Program-made: the position numbers and the translations under genes
The notes under the pieces: model-generated
The model's database searches: none
Told to the model about the DNA's origin: nothing
The model's input: only the letters and a program-made list of their open reading frames with translations
Assembly: GCA_000008885.1 (NCBI GenBank)
Contig: BA000021.3
Coordinates: 180,001 to 212,000, forward strand
DNA from: Wigglesworthia glossinidia endosymbiont of Glossina brevipalpis
GTDB lineage: Bacteria; Pseudomonadota; Gammaproteobacteria; Enterobacterales; Enterobacteriaceae
Reading direction: 5' to 3'
DNA: 32,000 bases
Part shown: positions 28,729-32,000 of the stretch, piece after piece
Position numbering within the stretch: position 1 is the stretch's first letter
How the letters are laid out: each line of letters starts with the position of its first letter

Positions 28729-29679
28729 ATGAAATCAATATCATATTTAAATACAAAAGAAAAAAATAAAAAAAAATTATCAATACCATCTAAAACTATA
28801 TTTGCAAAAGAAAATGAATATGGTTTAAAAAAACCAAATTGGTTAAAAATTAAATTACCTTTAAATAATAAAAAAATTAATAAAATAAAATTAATAATGA
28901 GAAAAAATAATTTACATACTGTATGTGAAGAAGCAGCATGTCCTAATTTAGCAGAATGTTTTAATAGAGGAACTGCAACATTTATGATTTTAGGATCAAT
29001 TTGTACAAGAAGATGTCCTTTTTGTAATGTTTCGTCTGGAAGGCCATCTTTAGTAGACACAAAAGAACCTGAAAATTTATCAAAGGCTGCTATAAAAATG
29101 AAATTAAAACATATAGTAATTACTTCGGTTGATAGAGATGATTTAAAAGATGGTGGTTCAGAACACTTTTCTAATTGTATTAGATTTATAAGAAAAAAAA
29201 ATCCTGATATAAAAATAGAAATTTTAGTTCCTGATTTTAGAGGATGTACGGAGTTAGCATTAAATAATATTAGTACATATCCTCCAGATATTTTTAATCA
29301 TAATTTAGAAAGCATTCCTAGATTATACTCTAAAGTAAGACCTGGAGCTAATTATAAAAGATCTTTAGAATTATTGGAAAAATTTAATCTCATCAATCCA
29401 AACATTCCTACTAAATCAGGATTAATGCTTGGATTAGGAGAAACCAAAGAAGAGATAATTGAAGTAATGAAAGATTTAAGAAAATCTTATGTAAGTATGA
29501 TAACTATAGGTCAATATCTTAGACCAACTAAAAATCATCTTACTGTTAATAGGTATGTTCATCCAAAAGAATTTAGAGAGCTTAATTTAATAGCTTTTGA
29601 TTTAGGATTTAAACATGCTATGTGCGGACCTCTTGTGAGATCTTCTTATCATGCAGAAAATCAAATTAATTGTTATTAA
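28729..29679 (+). CDS. lipA: Lipoyl synthase (radical SAM)
   Basis: 316 aa. N-terminal auxiliary cluster cysteines [12 protein letters not shown], radical-SAM CTRRCPFC, then [13 protein letters not shown] and SGLM.GLGET. Confidence 0.96.
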   Translation: MKSISYLNTKEKNKKKLSIPSKTIFAKENEYGLKKPNWLKIKLPLNNKKINKIKLIMRKNNLHTVCEEAACPNLAECFNRGTATFMILGSICTRRCPFCNVSSGRPSLVDTKEPENLSKAAIKMKLKHIVITSVDRDDLKDGGSEHFSNCIRFIRKKNPDIKIEILVPDFRGCTELALNNISTYPPDIFNHNLESIPRLYSKVRPGANYKRSLELLEKFNLINPNIPTKSGLMLGLGETKEEIIEVMKDLRKSYVSMITIGQYLRPTKNHLTVNRYVHPKEFRELNLIAFDLGFKHAMCGPLVRSSYHAENQINCY

Positions 29680-29686
29680 AACATAG

Positions 29687-29739
29687 AAGGTGCAGTTATC
29701 TATAGATAAAAAGTTTATCTAAAAATATTACTGCACCTT
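29687..29739. terminator. Nested hairpin between convergent lipA and cspE; candidate bidirectional intrinsic terminator
   Basis: A perfect 10-bp outer stem, AAGGTGCAGT (29687-29696) with ACTGCACCTT (29730-29739), has 5 G:C pairs. It encloses an inner 7-bp hairpin, AGATAAA (29704-29710) / TTTATCT (29714-29720). T-rich runs follow in both transcription directions. The 33-nt outer loop is not canonical. Confidence 0.55.
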
Positions 29740-29760
29740 ATTTTCAAAATACAATATTAA

Positions 29761-29970
29761 TTAAATAGTAGTAACATGAGCAGCTGAAGGGCCTTTAGCC
29801 CCATTAGTAATCTCAAATTCTACACGTTGACCTTCTGCAAGAGTTTTAAAACCATTGCTTTGAATAGCAGAAAAATGTACAAATACATCTTTACTACCAT
29901 CTTCTGGAGTAATAAACCCAAATCCTTTAGATTCGTTAAACCATTTTACATTACCTTTAATTTTAGACAT
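29761..29970 (-). CDS. cspE: Cold-shock-domain protein CspE
   Basis: 69 aa. It differs from my recollection of E. coli CspE at only about 5 positions. RNP1 KGFGFI and RNP2 VFVHF are present. AAGGTAAG Shine-Dalgarno motif upstream. It neighbours lipA as in E. coli. Confidence 0.96.
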   Translation of the reverse strand: MSKIKGNVKWFNESKGFGFITPEDGSKDVFVHFSAIQSNGFKTLAEGQRVEFEITNGAKGPSAAHVTTI

Positions 29971-30257
29971 TAAACTTACCTTTAATAAAATTATAGATGT
30001 AAATCATATGAAAAAATAATAAATAAAATAAACTTAATTTTTAATATTTAATCATAAAATTTTAAATATTGCCAAATAGGCTTTTATTTAATATCTTTAA
30101 ATTTTTGAAAAATTTAAAGTATTATATTTTATTTAAATAAAATTTTAGATATTTATCTTATTCAAATTTATAAAAATTTAAATTTTAATATATCTAATTT
30201 TTTAATTTAAATATTCATTAATATTATTATTTTTTTTTAAAAAATCAAACAAATAAT

Positions 30258-31010
30258 TTAACTAACATTAAATTTATTTAAATAATTTTTGCGAATAATT
30301 TCAAATATACAAATTCCAGTTGCTACTGATATATTTAAAGGTAAATTATTTTTTACGGTAGGTATATTTAATATATTATCGCAATTTTCTTTTACCAAAC
30401 GGCTTATTCCTAAATTTTCTGATCCCATTACAACGGCTATTGATTGTTTTAATTTTTTATTACAAATATCTAATTGTGCTTTTCTAGAAGTTCCAATAAT
30501 TTGTATATTATATTTTTTTAATAAATTTATTGTACGCACTAAATTAGTAACATAAATTAATGGAATAAGATCTAGTGAACCACTAGCCACTTTTTTTACA
30601 GCAGAACTAATTTTTGCAGATCTATTTTTTCTAATAATTACAGCTTGGACTCCAAATATATAAGCTGATCTAATACATGAGCCTAAATTTCTTGGATCCA
30701 TAATACCATCTAATATCAAAAAAAAGTAATTTTTTTTATTTTCAAGCATTTTTAATAAAAAAGGTTCTTTTAAAATTTTAGAATTTTTAATATAAGCTAC
30801 AATTCCTTGATGTTTTTTATTATTTGTTATTTTATTTAAAAATTTTTTATCAACAAATTTGATTTTAATATTTTTTTCATTAGAAATTAATATTAATTTT
30901 TTAAATTTAATATCTTTTCTAGATTTAAGAAAAAGAATGCATAAAATTTTATTTGATTTGTTTTTAATAAATTCTTCTATTACATGAATCCCATAAATAA
31001 TTTCATTCAT
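30258..31010 (-). CDS. rlmB: 23S rRNA (guanosine2251-2'-O)-methyltransferase, SpoU/TrmH family
   Basis: 250 aa. SpoU motifs LDGI.DP.N.G...R.A, VMGSEN.GIS and IP......LN.SVA.GI. Lies downstream of purA as in the E. coli purA-nsrR-rnr-rlmB region. Confidence 0.88.
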   Translation of the reverse strand: MNEIIYGIHVIEEFIKNKSNKILCILFLKSRKDIKFKKLILISNEKNIKIKFVDKKFLNKITNNKKHQGIVAYIKNSKILKEPFLLKMLENKKNYFFLILDGIMDPRNLGSCIRSAYIFGVQAVIIRKNRSAKISSAVKKVASGSLDLIPLIYVTNLVRTINLLKKYNIQIIGTSRKAQLDICNKKLKQSIAVVMGSENLGISRLVKENCDNILNIPTVKNNLPLNISVATGICIFEIIRKNYLNKFNVS

Positions 31011-31150
31011 ATTTATTTTTTAAAATTTTTTATAATATTATTATTTAACATTTTTTATAAAAATTTATTACTTATAACAACAAATATTAAAATTTAAACA
31101 TAAATTTAATATGTAATATGTTTTTATAAAAATTTAATTAATATAAATTT

Positions 31151-32000
31151 TTATTCAACTAATTTCTTATTTAATACAATAATATCATTTCTATCAGATC
31201 CAGTTGAAATAATTTCAATTGGAATTTTTATAATACTTTGTAATTTTTTTATATAATTTTTTGCTAGAATAGGTAAATTTTTAAAATTTTTAACTCCTTT
31301 AGTTTTAGACAACCATCCAGGCATAGATTTATATATAGGTTTCGCTTTATTCCAATCGTCTATATTAGAAATATTATCCAATATTTTTCCATTTGGTAAA
31401 ATATATGAAGTGCAAATTTTTATTTCTTTTATATTATCTAATACATCTATTTTAGTTAAACAAAATCCTGAAAAAGAATTTATTTGTATAACTCTTTTAA
31501 CAGCAACTGCATCAAACCAACCGATTCTTCTTTTTCTTCCAGTTGTAGATCCAAATTCTTTTCCTTTTTCTAATATAATATTTTTTGTTTCATCAAAAAT
31601 TTCTGTAGGAAAAGGTCCATTTCCAACTCTAGTAGAATATGCTTTTATTATTCCTAATATATATTTAATACTAAATGGAGATATTCCTGTGCTTGAAATA
31701 ATTCCACCAACAGTTGTATTAGAAGATGTTACATAAGGATATGTTCCGTAATCAATATCTAAAAGAGCACCTTGAGCTCCTTCAAATATAATAGATTTAT
31801 TTTTTTTGTTAATACTGTTCAAATAACTTGGTATATCTATTGATATATTATTTAATAATTTAGATTTATTAATTAATTCATTAAAAATTTTTTCGTGATT
31901 TACAGGTTGTTCTTTATAATAATTTATTAATTGAAAGTTATAATACTCAACTATATTTTTCAGTTTTTTTTTGAATTTGTCTTTGTTTATCAAATGATGA
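31151..32000 (-). CDS. purA: Adenylosuccinate synthetase, C-terminal about 280 codons (gene continues past the right window edge)
   Basis: FEGAQG.LLDID.GTYPYVTSSNTT.GG, KAYSTRVG.GPFPTE.FDE, GSTTGRKRRIGWFD, FCLTK.DVLD and ISTG.DR match E. coli PurA. The track start at 31993 is a TTG artefact, because the frame stays open to the window end. Confidence 0.95.
   Translation of the reverse strand, partial: HHLINKDKFKKKLKNIVEYYNFQLINYYKEQPVNHEKIFNELINKSKLLNNISIDIPSYLNSINKKNKSIIFEGAQGALLDIDYGTYPYVTSSNTTVGGIISSTGISPFSIKYILGIIKAYSTRVGNGPFPTEIFDETKNIILEKGKEFGSTTGRKRRIGWFDAVAVKRVIQINSFSGFCLTKIDVLDNIKEIKICTSYILPNGKILDNISNIDDWNKAKPIYKSMPGWLSKTKGVKNFKNLPILAKNYIKKLQSIIKIPIEIISTGSDRNDIIVLNKKLVE

Noticed and set aside
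28689-29060. 123-aa minus-strand ORF spanning the lipB/lipA junction
   Set aside because: It is antisense to lipA, whose radical-SAM motifs are unambiguous. It has no motif or ribosome-binding site.
1-32000. Looked for tRNA, rRNA, tmRNA-like G/C islands, CRISPR repeat-spacer periodicity, IS or transposase genes, integrases, phage genes and toxin-antitoxin pairs
   Set aside because: None found. Every long ORF is a recognisable housekeeping gene. All intergenic regions are A/T-only except the lipA-cspE hairpin.

Overview
Gene-dense, extremely AT-rich bacterial chromosome segment (about one-fifth G+C by eye, with Lys/Asn/Ile-rich proteins). Gene content is enterobacterial and falls into E. coli-like micro-synteny blocks: ppiD(partial)-lon-clpX-clpP-tig; a yajR-like MFS gene; nadA; arnC-arnA-arnD-arnT; engB; ruvX-yqgE-gshB-rsmE; leuS-lptE-holA-nadD-mrdA-mrdB-dacA-lipB-lipA; cspE; rlmB-purA(partial). 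The composition, tight packing, missing neighbour genes and retained cofactor genes (nadA, nadD, lipA, lipB, gshB) together with envelope genes point to an obligate insect endosymbiont with a reduced genome. My best guess is a Wigglesworthia-like tsetse symbiont; that is inference only. I found no tRNA, rRNA, CRISPR, IS or phage features. Main observations: (1) four conserved genes (arnD, engB, rsmE, mrdA) are each broken by a single frameshift exactly at a 9-11 nt A or T homopolymer. In each case the flanking frames together rebuild a full-length protein collinear with the E. coli orthologue. This fits transcriptional or ribosomal slippage rescue, very recent pseudogenisation, or homopolymer sequencing error. 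(2) An arnCADT lipid A aminoarabinose module is kept without arnB, arnE or arnF at the locus. (3) A rare G/C-containing nested hairpin sits between convergent lipA and cspE, and cspE is a nearly invariant, compositionally distinct island. (4) Short spacers mark sites where E. coli neighbour genes (hupB, cobC/rsfS/rlmH, rlpA, ybeD, nsrR/rnr) have been lost. All homology statements rest on recalled E. coli sequences and motifs, not on a database search.
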